Of a stretch of 59,632 bases of DNA, positions 15,612 to 23,444 are shown one piece after another. Positions within the stretch are counted from its first letter, which is position 1; each line of letters starts with the position of its first letter. Source of the stretch: a virus; the IMG/VR virus record IMGVR_UViG_3300037308_000149, positions 1-59,632 of that record. One strand, written 5' to 3'. The position numbers and the translations under genes are program-made. The notes under the pieces are model-generated. The model did not search any database and was not told where the DNA came from. It saw only the letters and a program-made list of their open reading frames with translations.

Positions 15612-16239
15612 ACCTGAACACCTCACAGTCATGCTCGGCCCATTCCTTGTCCACGACACGCTTTGCCCAGCCCACGTTCAGCCTACGAACCTCCTTCCTT
15701 CTAACTGCCCCATCCTTTCCTCTGGCCCGATCGCTGGTGTTGTTCCGATACAGCTCCTCCCGAGTGATCTTGAGACCATACCTCTCCTTGAGCGCGTGGA
15801 GTGGCTCATCTTCCAGCCGGATGAAGAGACAGCGCTCTGCGGCAGCGCCCTTCCAGAAGATGTCGCCATACTCGCTGAGGCTGTACAGCCAGAGCCATGG
15901 CGGCTTGTCAGTAGTGCGGTCCTCTCGGCCCATCCATTCACGACGCATGCGGCTGAACCAGTTCACAAACGCAAGGTAGTCCATGTCCTTGACCTCATCG
16001 TACACCGAGGCCCACACCGGCTCCCTCCGGACATGGTGGAACATGGACACGAACCGATCGTATGGATTCCTCACGATGAGGACTCTGTCCAGATCCCGAT
16101 ACTTCTGAGGGACCACCGTTGTATGGGTCTCCTTGAACCAGATGAGCTCGCCATCCGACTTCAGGGCAAGGCTCTTGAATGAGTGCGCTCCCGTCTTGGT
16201 CGGATTGCAGATCACGAACTTGCCAGGGCAGACAATCAT
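15604..16239 (-). CDS. Sulfotransferase (Sulfotransfer_2-like)
   Basis: The ATG at 16239 overlaps the upstream stop (TGATG). ICNPTKTGAHSFKS is 5-prime-PSB-like and LIVRNPYDRFVSMF is 3-prime-PB-like. Confidence 0.7.
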   Translation of the reverse strand: MIVCPGKFVICNPTKTGAHSFKSLALKSDGELIWFKETHTTVVPQKYRDLDRVLIVRNPYDRFVSMFHHVRREPVWASVYDEVKDMDYLAFVNWFSRMRREWMGREDRTTDKPPWLWLYSLSEYGDIFWKGAAAERCLFIRLEDEPLHALKERYGLKITREELYRNNTSDRARGKDGAVRRKEVRRLNVGWAKRVVDKEWAEHDCEVFRYE

Positions 16240-16547
16240 CACGCCATCCTCATGATACGGATCCTGATGTCAGGAAACTCAATCCATCCACCAGCACCAA
16301 AGATCGGGGAATCAATAAGAGCGATGTTCTCCCCATTCACAACGACCTCCGGCATCTCGAGGATCGTTTCTCCAATCCGGAGTCGAGCGCCATTGGCCCG
16401 GTCGAATGTGGCATGCCCTCCGACTGACGGAAACCAGAACACGCCCTCCTCATCCACCGTCGGTTGCCCCAGCGGAAACGACTGCACCACAACCCCATCG
16501 TCAAGCAGCTCAAACACGTTCACAACCCAAGCCACCTCCTCCACCAT
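16239..16547 (-). CDS. Hypothetical protein
   Basis: 102-aa ORF coupled to the sulfotransferase gene. Confidence 0.5.
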   Translation of the reverse strand: MVEEVAWVVNVFELLDDGVVVQSFPLGQPTVDEEGVFWFPSVGGHATFDRANGARLRIGETILEMPEVVVNGENIALIDSPIFGAGGWIEFPDIRIRIMRMA

Positions 16548-16732
16548 GTCTTCTTGACCCCAACTGGCACCTGCTCTGGAACGATGGTTCCCTTTTCTAT
16601 CATCGACTCATGGGCCTCCTCAGCTGTCATCGGTCCATACTGTAACTCTGAAACCGCTGCGGACGAGCGTTCCTTGTACCTCTTGTCGTTGCTGGGCCGA
16701 GGCTTGATGATCTTGAGCCTGATGGCTGGCAT
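16520..16732 (-). CDS. Small hypothetical protein (70 aa)
   Basis: ATG at 16732. Product: MPAIRLKIIKPRPSNDKRYKERSSAAVSELQYGPMTAEEAHESMIEKGTIVPEQ... Only this C-terminal part of the longer track ORF looks coding. Confidence 0.35.
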   Translation of the reverse strand: MPAIRLKIIKPRPSNDKRYKERSSAAVSELQYGPMTAEEAHESMIEKGTIVPEQVPVGVKKTWWRRWLGL

Positions 16733-16734
16733 CT

Positions 16735-16842
16735 TTACCACCCCCACCAACGAACAGCCAGTGTGAAGACCGTGTGCCAGAACAAGATGCAGAAGGCAAG
16801 GATCAACAGCCACACCAGCAACTTGACCCAGTCGATCTTCAC
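16735..16842 (-). CDS. Very small single-TM peptide (35 aa)
   Basis: Below the ORF-track cutoff. The GTG at 16842 is preceded by AAGAGGAGGGTGGC. Product: VKIDWVKLLVWLLILAFCILFWHTVFTLAVRWWGW. Confidence 0.3.
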   Translation of the reverse strand: MKIDWVKLLVWLLILAFCILFWHTVFTLAVRWWGW

Positions 16843-16854
16843 GCCACCCTCCTC

Positions 16855-19800
16855 TTATTCGAACACCCACATGTCTGACACATACACCATCTTCTGAGGA
16901 AGATCCCCTCGCTTGACGCCTCTGACCAGGACAAGGTCCTTGCCCAGCTTGATGTTCCACACGGCGTTCTTGAACCTGGGGTATCGGTATCTGTCGATCC
17001 GTAGCGTCACCGTGTCGAAGCCATCGTACCCATACAGCAGCACCCACTCCCTGAGGTCTGGCCTCTTGACCGACGCAGGGTCCAGCGGAACACCTGTGCG
17101 GCTGAAGTTGACCTCAAACAGATCGCGCAAGTTCCTTGCGGTGCAAACGCCAATCCAAACCAGCTGGATGTCTGGTCCACGCAACGTCGGAATGTCGGCC
17201 GCTGTATGGGTGGGGACCGGGACCCTGCTGCCGTCATACGTCTTGTGCTTGCCAACCTGGATCTCAGACACAATCCGCTTCAGCTGCTTGTCCAACACGT
17301 GAACGCCAAGCGGATCTTCTTGGCCCACCCAAGAGAGGATATTCATGATGGTCTTTGGGCCGATGCCATTCACCCCGATGATGTCTTCCCACTCAACGTG
17401 GTCACGGTCACCACGCCATTGGACGATGGCCTCGCCCATCTTCAACCCAATCCCAGGGATCTGGCTGAAACCAGCGATGATTGTGTGTTTTCCCTCTGAT
17501 TTCCATGTAACACCGCTCCGAGCAGGGTCCGGCGCAAGGACTTTGATGCCGTGCTTGACGGCGTCGCGCAAGACCTCCTGTTGCTTGATCTTGGGCAGAT
17601 GCTTGAGGGCTGCGATGTAGAAGATGAGTGGGTGGTGACGCTTCAGCCACATACACCACCAAGCGATCATCCCATAGGAGACAGAATGGGCCGCGTTGAA
17701 GGCATACGACCCTGCCGTGATGCACATGCCCCAGATCTTCTCTGCCGTGTCCTGGGGCACGCCATTCTCCTTGGCGCCCTTGAGAAACCGAGCTTTCTCT
17801 CGGTTGAATGCTTGGTCACCGATCTTGCGGCTGATGATCTTGCGGATCCTTGCATGCGCCGTCCAGTCGAAGTTGCCGATCTCACGTACGATACGAAGGA
17901 TCTGCTCCTGGTACACCACCTGGTACTGTGTGTTGGCCACGATGCGGTCGAACAAGGGATGGTACCGATCGGGTTCCATCACACCGAGTTTGGTGTCCAC
18001 GTAGAAGGTGGTGGCTCGATTATGTAGCGGTCCTGGCCGCGCAAGGGCATTGACCACGCAGACCTCGTAGAAACTGTCAGGAACCAAGTTCCCGTTGACC
18101 GTCCTCATGGCTCGGCCATCGAACTGAAACACCCCAACAACATCGTTCTCTCGGAAGCCCCGGAGAGTCTCCTTGTCGTCCAGCGGAACAGAGTAAAGGT
18201 CGTTGATGGTCATCCCCAGCATACCAACGGCTTCAGAGAGCATGCCCATCGTACTCAACCCGAGCAAGTCCATCTTCAAGAGGTTGAGGTACTCGGCGTC
18301 ATACTTGTCCACGGCCAGCTTGTCGCCGTACACGGCACAGACATCTGTCAAGGGACCAGAGGCCACGATGGCGCCAGCCGCGTGCTTCCCCATGCCCTTG
18401 ACCATGCCCTCAAGACGCGTGCTCTGCAACAGTTTCGGGTGTTCCTTGACGATCTCGGCTGCCGGCGGGAACATGGCCACTGTGTCTTCGATGGTGGCAG
18501 AAGCCCGAAGGTCGCCAGACGACCGAACGATGAGGAGTTCTTTGACCTTGTCCACGTCCCATTTGGGAATTCTGTACACACGAGCCACGTCATCAAGGGC
18601 CAGCTTCGCCTTGTAGGTTGTGAATGTGCCCAGCTGTCCAACGTGGTCTGCTCCATACTTGCGCGCAAGGTACTCGAAGACCTCATGCCTTCGTCCGTCG
18701 TCAAAGTCCAAATCAATGTCAGGCAGATCAATTCGCGTCACATCGATGAATCGCTCAAAGACCAGATCTGGGAAGATGAGTGGGTCAACTTCGGTGATGC
18801 GGAGCAAGTAACAAACCAAGGACGCTGCGGCGGAACCTCTTGCGGGACCAACTGCAATGCCGTTATCCTTCGACCAACGAACCAAGTCAGACACGAAGAG
18901 GAAGTAGTCAACAAAGTCCTTCTCTTCGATGAGCCCCAGCTCATACTTCAACCTCTCAGCGTACTCATCAGCATTGGGCTTGTCATCGATGCGCCTGAAG
19001 TCCCACCCTGCCTTCAGCCAACGACGAACCAGAACTGAAGCAGAGTCACTCCCAGGGTACTTGAGAGGTGCAGCCTTCGGCAACTCCACCGTGCAACGCT
19101 CAGCGATCTCAGCCGTGTTGGCGATAGCCTGCAGCGCAGCCTTCTTGCTGAGCCCTGTGCCCAATAGCCGCTCAAGCACATACGCATCAGACTCTGGATG
19201 GCACATCGGAACGTCGTAGCCCCATGAGTTGGCCTCCTGCTCAAACGTCCTGTTGGACCCAGGCCTCGTGGCGTGGAGGATGACCTGCATGTCGTAGTCC
19301 TCACGCCGGCAGTAGTGCACGTCTCCTGTGGCTACCAATTGAATGTTGAGTGACTTGGCCAGCTCTTCCAGATGGGCGTTGATGGCCCTGGTGGACTCGA
19401 GCTCTGGGAACGCTTGCACCTCAAGGTAGTAGCGATCTCCAAGAAGCGATCTGAATCTCTCTGCAACACGCTTGCCGCGATTGTAACTTGCCTCCGACTT
19501 CGGGATGTTCTTGCCACCGATAAGCGAAGTTGCCAAGAGCCCACCTGTACAACCCGATCCCACGATGAGCCCTTCTTGAAACGATCTGAAGCATTCTCCA
19601 TCAACAGTTGGCTCATAGTAGAATCCCTCCTGCCAAGCCCACGTGACCATACGGATGAGGTTCTGGTATCCGTTGCGGTCCATAGCCCATGCGCTGAGAT
19701 GGTTCTTCCGCTGAGACGGCTGCGATCCGGTGTATAGCTCGCACCCAAAGATGGGCTTGATGCCGGCTTCTCTTGCAGCCTGTTCCAGTTTGGGGTGGCT

Positions 19801-19935
19801 GCTGATGTTGCCGTGCTCTGTCAAGGCAAGGGCCGACATCCCAAGCTCTGCGGCACGAGCCACGTGTTCCTTTGGATGGCCGTATCCGTCCAGGAACGAG
19901 TAGGTTGAATGATGATGAAGGCTGACGTACTTCAT
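16855..19935 (-). CDS. dnaE: DNA polymerase III alpha subunit (DnaE-type, N-terminal PHP domain)
   Basis: 1026 aa. MKYVSLHHHSTYSFLDGYG...LALTEHGN is the PHP motif. Length and downstream motifs are typical of C-family polymerases. Confidence 0.9.
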   Translation of the reverse strand: MKYVSLHHHSTYSFLDGYGHPKEHVARAAELGMSALALTEHGNISSHPKLEQAAREAGIKPIFGCELYTGSQPSQRKNHLSAWAMDRNGYQNLIRMVTWAWQEGFYYEPTVDGECFRSFQEGLIVGSGCTGGLLATSLIGGKNIPKSEASYNRGKRVAERFRSLLGDRYYLEVQAFPELESTRAINAHLEELAKSLNIQLVATGDVHYCRREDYDMQVILHATRPGSNRTFEQEANSWGYDVPMCHPESDAYVLERLLGTGLSKKAALQAIANTAEIAERCTVELPKAAPLKYPGSDSASVLVRRWLKAGWDFRRIDDKPNADEYAERLKYELGLIEEKDFVDYFLFVSDLVRWSKDNGIAVGPARGSAAASLVCYLLRITEVDPLIFPDLVFERFIDVTRIDLPDIDLDFDDGRRHEVFEYLARKYGADHVGQLGTFTTYKAKLALDDVARVYRIPKWDVDKVKELLIVRSSGDLRASATIEDTVAMFPPAAEIVKEHPKLLQSTRLEGMVKGMGKHAAGAIVASGPLTDVCAVYGDKLAVDKYDAEYLNLLKMDLLGLSTMGMLSEAVGMLGMTINDLYSVPLDDKETLRGFRENDVVGVFQFDGRAMRTVNGNLVPDSFYEVCVVNALARPGPLHNRATTFYVDTKLGVMEPDRYHPLFDRIVANTQYQVVYQEQILRIVREIGNFDWTAHARIRKIISRKIGDQAFNREKARFLKGAKENGVPQDTAEKIWGMCITAGSYAFNAAHSVSYGMIAWWCMWLKRHHPLIFYIAALKHLPKIKQQEVLRDAVKHGIKVLAPDPARSGVTWKSEGKHTIIAGFSQIPGIGLKMGEAIVQWRGDRDHVEWEDIIGVNGIGPKTIMNILSWVGQEDPLGVHVLDKQLKRIVSEIQVGKHKTYDGSRVPVPTHTAADIPTLRGPDIQLVWIGVCTARNLRDLFEVNFSRTGVPLDPASVKRPDLREWVLLYGYDGFDTVTLRIDRYRYPRFKNAVWNIKLGKDLVLVRGVKRGDLPQKMVYVSDMWVFE

Positions 19936-20411
19936 GCTTTTGGCGTCTCCCTGTACATGTTGTAGGCCAAGGACATCGTGAGCAGAGGAGCGTCTTTCTC
20001 ATATCCCTGCTCCCAGACCTCACTGATGAGCAGATCATTCAAGCCATGTGGACTCAACGGTTGGAACATCCCCCACCAAGGAGCCTCCTCTGGAGGTGTC
20101 TCGGAAAGGGTACAGGTCATGATGCTGTAGCCGAACGAGTCCCTCAGAGCGTTCTGTACAGACGAGTTGGCTACATGCTGGTGGTTGGACATCAGCTGCT
20201 TCCATCGGTAGTAACATGCGTTGGTGTCCACCACAAGAGCGCGGATCCCGAGTCGGACCCAGCACTCAATCCCATACTCAGCCGCCTTGAATGGAGCAAT
20301 GTCACGGAACCATGACTCTCCAATCAGCCACTTGTAGGTCTCATCTGTACACTGCCGAGAGAAGGTTGCCTCCCAACGCTGCAGGAGAACCAGATACTCG
20401 TCCAGGGTCAC
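19932..20411 (-). CDS. Hypothetical protein
   Basis: The GTG at 20411 overlaps the SDR stop (GTGA). About 159 aa. Confidence 0.5.
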   Translation of the reverse strand: MTLDEYLVLLQRWEATFSRQCTDETYKWLIGESWFRDIAPFKAAEYGIECWVRLGIRALVVDTNACYYRWKQLMSNHQHVANSSVQNALRDSFGYSIMTCTLSETPPEEAPWWGMFQPLSPHGLNDLLISEVWEQGYEKDAPLLTMSLAYNMYRETPKA

Positions 20412-21196
20412 CGAACACCTCCCGGGAGATCGATCTGTTGGCCGCTGAGCCAACCAGCAGATTCATTCGTGGCCAGCCAATAGCAAACCTCTGCGATGTC
20501 ACCGGCGTTGAGCCATCTGGGCATGAGGTTGGTGCTGGCCCAATATGCTCGAGCATCGTCCATGTTCAAGTCACGGAACCTCGCCAACTCACGAATCGTC
20601 TTCTCCGTCATCGGGGTGTCCTCGGTGTTGCTCGGGTGAACGGCGAAGATGTCGAATCCCTTGGGCGTCAGTTCCCATCCCATGCACCGAACAAAGTGCG
20701 CTACACCGGCCTTAGCTGCGCAGTATGGGGCACTGGCGTTGAGCACTGCGCGATGCGCCATGCTTCCGATCACGACGATGCGCTTCCTGAACTCGTTGTT
20801 GATGGTTGCCTTCACAAAGGCTTGCACCGCAAGGATCGTTCCGGTGAGATTGGTACTGATGATGTCCTCGATCTCCCCGACCGGCATGTCCTCAATCCAG
20901 TCCAGGGCAGCGTATCCATGAGATAGCACAAGAGTGTCTACCGACGGCCTCTCGCTGAAGTAGTCTGCACAGTCAATTGCCCAACGAACATCCAGCCTGG
21001 ACATATCTGGCGTCTCCACCAGGTTAAACACACCGGACCGCAACCTGTTTGCAATGGCTTGGCCGATGTTGCCCTTGGACACGCCAACGACGATTGCTGC
21101 CTTGTCTGCCTGGGCAAGTGGCTTGGACGCATGCCGACGCTTCATCGTGTCGATGTAGTCGCCGTGGATGGCTCCCTTGTTCACCTGCTCCTCCAT
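20408..21196 (-). CDS. Short-chain dehydrogenase/reductase (SDR)
   Basis: It has the GVSKGNIGQAIANRL dinucleotide loop and the YCAAKAG (YxxxK) catalytic motif. Confidence 0.8.
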   Translation of the reverse strand: MEEQVNKGAIHGDYIDTMKRRHASKPLAQADKAAIVVGVSKGNIGQAIANRLRSGVFNLVETPDMSRLDVRWAIDCADYFSERPSVDTLVLSHGYAALDWIEDMPVGEIEDIISTNLTGTILAVQAFVKATINNEFRKRIVVIGSMAHRAVLNASAPYCAAKAGVAHFVRCMGWELTPKGFDIFAVHPSNTEDTPMTEKTIRELARFRDLNMDDARAYWASTNLMPRWLNAGDIAEVCYWLATNESAGWLSGQQIDLPGGVR

Positions 21197-21810
21197 TCGT
21201 CAGTCCTTGCCACGATGATCTGGAGTGCCTCATCGAACGTGTCGAACGTTCGCTTGTACCTCGCCCCTCTGTTGTGGGACCTCTGAGGCTGGAGCACCAC
21301 ATCCCCGAACTTCATTTCAGCTGCAACACACTGCTCCAGCAGGTCCTCTATGACGCCAACCACCCGGCCATCGTCCACCTGGTCGCCCAGCATGTCATAC
21401 TTCTCCTCGCCATAGATGATGTGGTCATACGGGATGTGGTGGCGTTCCAGCCAATGCCGAGTATCAGGGTCGATGTTGTCCAGGCGGAGGTATGGCCGCG
21501 TTGTAGCAATCCAGATCTCGGCTCCTGCTGTGTGCTTCAGCTCGTACATGAACGTCATGGCCCCATTGAACACCGGCATGCTACGCTTCTGCGCTCCCTG
21601 ACGATAGGCCAACTTGATGTCTCTGTACAGCTGCTTCTCAAGCCCGAGGTACTCGCTGTACTCAACACTCCCATCATAGTTGAGCGGCACCGACTCACCA
21701 AGGTACAGAGCCGCGAATTGCTCAAACTGATGGTAGTAGTTGCCTAAGGTGCCATCGATGTCCACCGCCACGATTGGCTGAAGGGCTCTGCTACATGATG
21801 TACAGAGCAT
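21181..21810 (-). CDS. HAD-superfamily phosphatase, 5-prime(3-prime)-deoxyribonucleotidase-like
   Basis: It has IVAVDIDGTLGNYY (DxDxT). Size and layout resemble phage NT5C-type nucleotidases. Confidence 0.6.
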   Translation of the reverse strand: MLCTSCSRALQPIVAVDIDGTLGNYYHQFEQFAALYLGESVPLNYDGSVEYSEYLGLEKQLYRDIKLAYRQGAQKRSMPVFNGAMTFMYELKHTAGAEIWIATTRPYLRLDNIDPDTRHWLERHHIPYDHIIYGEEKYDMLGDQVDDGRVVGVIEDLLEQCVAAEMKFGDVVLQPQRSHNRGARYKRTFDTFDEALQIIVARTDEWRSR

Positions 21811-22641
21811 TCACTTCCCCTTCCAGTCCCAGGCCTCTTTGGTCTCGATGTTCTCCGGCGGCCATGAACAGATGCCGAAGTCTTCGAACATCAGCCGCCA
21901 CCTACACTTGTACTGCTTCTTGATGCTTCGATTGGGATCGTAGTTGCCTGGGTCCGAAACGTATGCGGGCCAACGCCGGTTGATGCGAACCCAGTTCTGG
22001 TACATCAACTTCTCTCTGTTGCCAAGGTCAGCAATGCCTCCCTGCGTCTGAATGCCAACCTGGTTGGCCCATGCTCCGGTGTAGACGTACCAAGGCAACT
22101 CCAAGAGAGCTACGCCGCAACGGGCCAACTCATGGTCGTCCCAGTGAGAGATGGTGGAGTCGTACCCATTGACCCTGTTCAGATTCCTGACGTTGATCGC
22201 CACGATCTGATGAGCGAACGACCCTGAGTGAAGGAAGAACTTGTCCCGATGCGGAGGAACTGCTTTGGAGAACTTGGTGCCGGTGGTGTACAAGGCCTGG
22301 ATGCTCTTGGAGATCCCAACACCAAGAACGTCTCTGCGCTTTGCGAACTCAGCCATCTTCAGAACGTTCCCGTGTGGCGACTGGTCGTCATCAGCCATGA
22401 TGAACGACTTCAGCCTCATCCTTGAAGCCTCCTTGGCAATACAGTGCCGCGCAAATCCGATGCCTTTGTTGCGGCTCTTCAGCTGAAGGATGTCGGCGTC
22501 TGTCACCCTATGGAGCGAGCGCACCTCGCCAGGCTCCACCACGAGAACGACCTCTGCTCCCGCTGCGCGCCAACGCTTCACAGCCTTGGCTGCACGATCT
22601 GGCCGGCCCTTGGTTGGGATGAAGACAATCGGAGTAGTCAC
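21811..22641 (-). CDS. Putative GT-A-fold glycosyltransferase
   Basis: The GTG start overlaps the upstream stop (GTGA). IVFIPTKGRPDR and FIMADDD (DxD-like) are typical of nucleotide-sugar transferases. Confidence 0.45.
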   Translation of the reverse strand: MTTPIVFIPTKGRPDRAAKAVKRWRAAGAEVVLVVEPGEVRSLHRVTDADILQLKSRNKGIGFARHCIAKEASRMRLKSFIMADDDQSPHGNVLKMAEFAKRRDVLGVGISKSIQALYTTGTKFSKAVPPHRDKFFLHSGSFAHQIVAINVRNLNRVNGYDSTISHWDDHELARCGVALLELPWYVYTGAWANQVGIQTQGGIADLGNREKLMYQNWVRINRRWPAYVSDPGNYDPNRSIKKQYKCRWRLMFEDFGICSWPPENIETKEAWDWKGK

Positions 22642-23444
22642 ATGTCACCACCCCAGACCCGCAATGTGTCCACTACGCTGTTGAACGCATGCATAGTAAG
22701 GACTCCCTTGGTCCAAGCCCCAAACCGACCGATGCGCTGAACCCAAGGGAAGCAGTTGCAGTTTGTCGCAATGGGCTTGCTGACCGTCTTCGTCGAGACC
22801 GGAGGCAGAGGAGCCGTTGCGCCCCACTCTGTCGAGCCAACACCGAAGATCTTGCTCATGCGGTAGTATGAATGCTCCTCTGTACCGTCATAGACGATGG
22901 TATTGTTGGGCATGTCCTCCCAAAGAGCTGCGTTGTGGATTCGGACAGGCTGAGACCTGAACGAATGTTGAACGTCCATGTCGATTGTTGCCCTGCAGAT
23001 TGCACTCAGAGGAACAGACGAGAAGATGACATCAAACGGATGCCCGGCTGACATCTTCTCCATGAACTCCGGGCTGATCTCTGTCTCAACAACAAGTTTC
23101 CCGTACACATCCCACAGACGTTCGTAGATCTGGCGCAAGTTCCAGGCAGGGACCTCTTTCCCGTCAGTCACATTCTTGATGCTCACGAACGGAACAGACG
23201 ACTCCCCATACACCTTCTTCTGGTACTCCTCACCCGAGCCCCTGACGCGATACGTCAGCATAACATCAGGGTCATGGTCGGTCAGACCAGGGATCGGTAT
23301 GTGACTGTATTGCGCCCCACCGAGTTCCGACGGCTGAGGCCGACTGAAGATGACAAACGGAACTCTGGCGGTATCACAGGCCCATGCTGCCAACAAACCA
23401 GACGGGCCACAACCAAGGATGGCAACCAACGGCTTCCTGTTCAT
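22638..23444 (-). CDS. FAD/NAD(P)-binding Rossmann protein (flavin oxidoreductase or mutase-like)
   Basis: N-terminal VAILGCGPSGLLAAWA (GxGxxG). 268 aa. ATGA overlap with the primase-helicase stop. Confidence 0.55.
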   Translation of the reverse strand: MNRKPLVAILGCGPSGLLAAWACDTARVPFVIFSRPQPSELGGAQYSHIPIPGLTDHDPDVMLTYRVRGSGEEYQKKVYGESSVPFVSIKNVTDGKEVPAWNLRQIYERLWDVYGKLVVETEISPEFMEKMSAGHPFDVIFSSVPLSAICRATIDMDVQHSFRSQPVRIHNAALWEDMPNNTIVYDGTEEHSYYRMSKIFGVGSTEWGATAPLPPVSTKTVSKPIATNCNCFPWVQRIGRFGAWTKGVLTMHAFNSVVDTLRVWGGDM

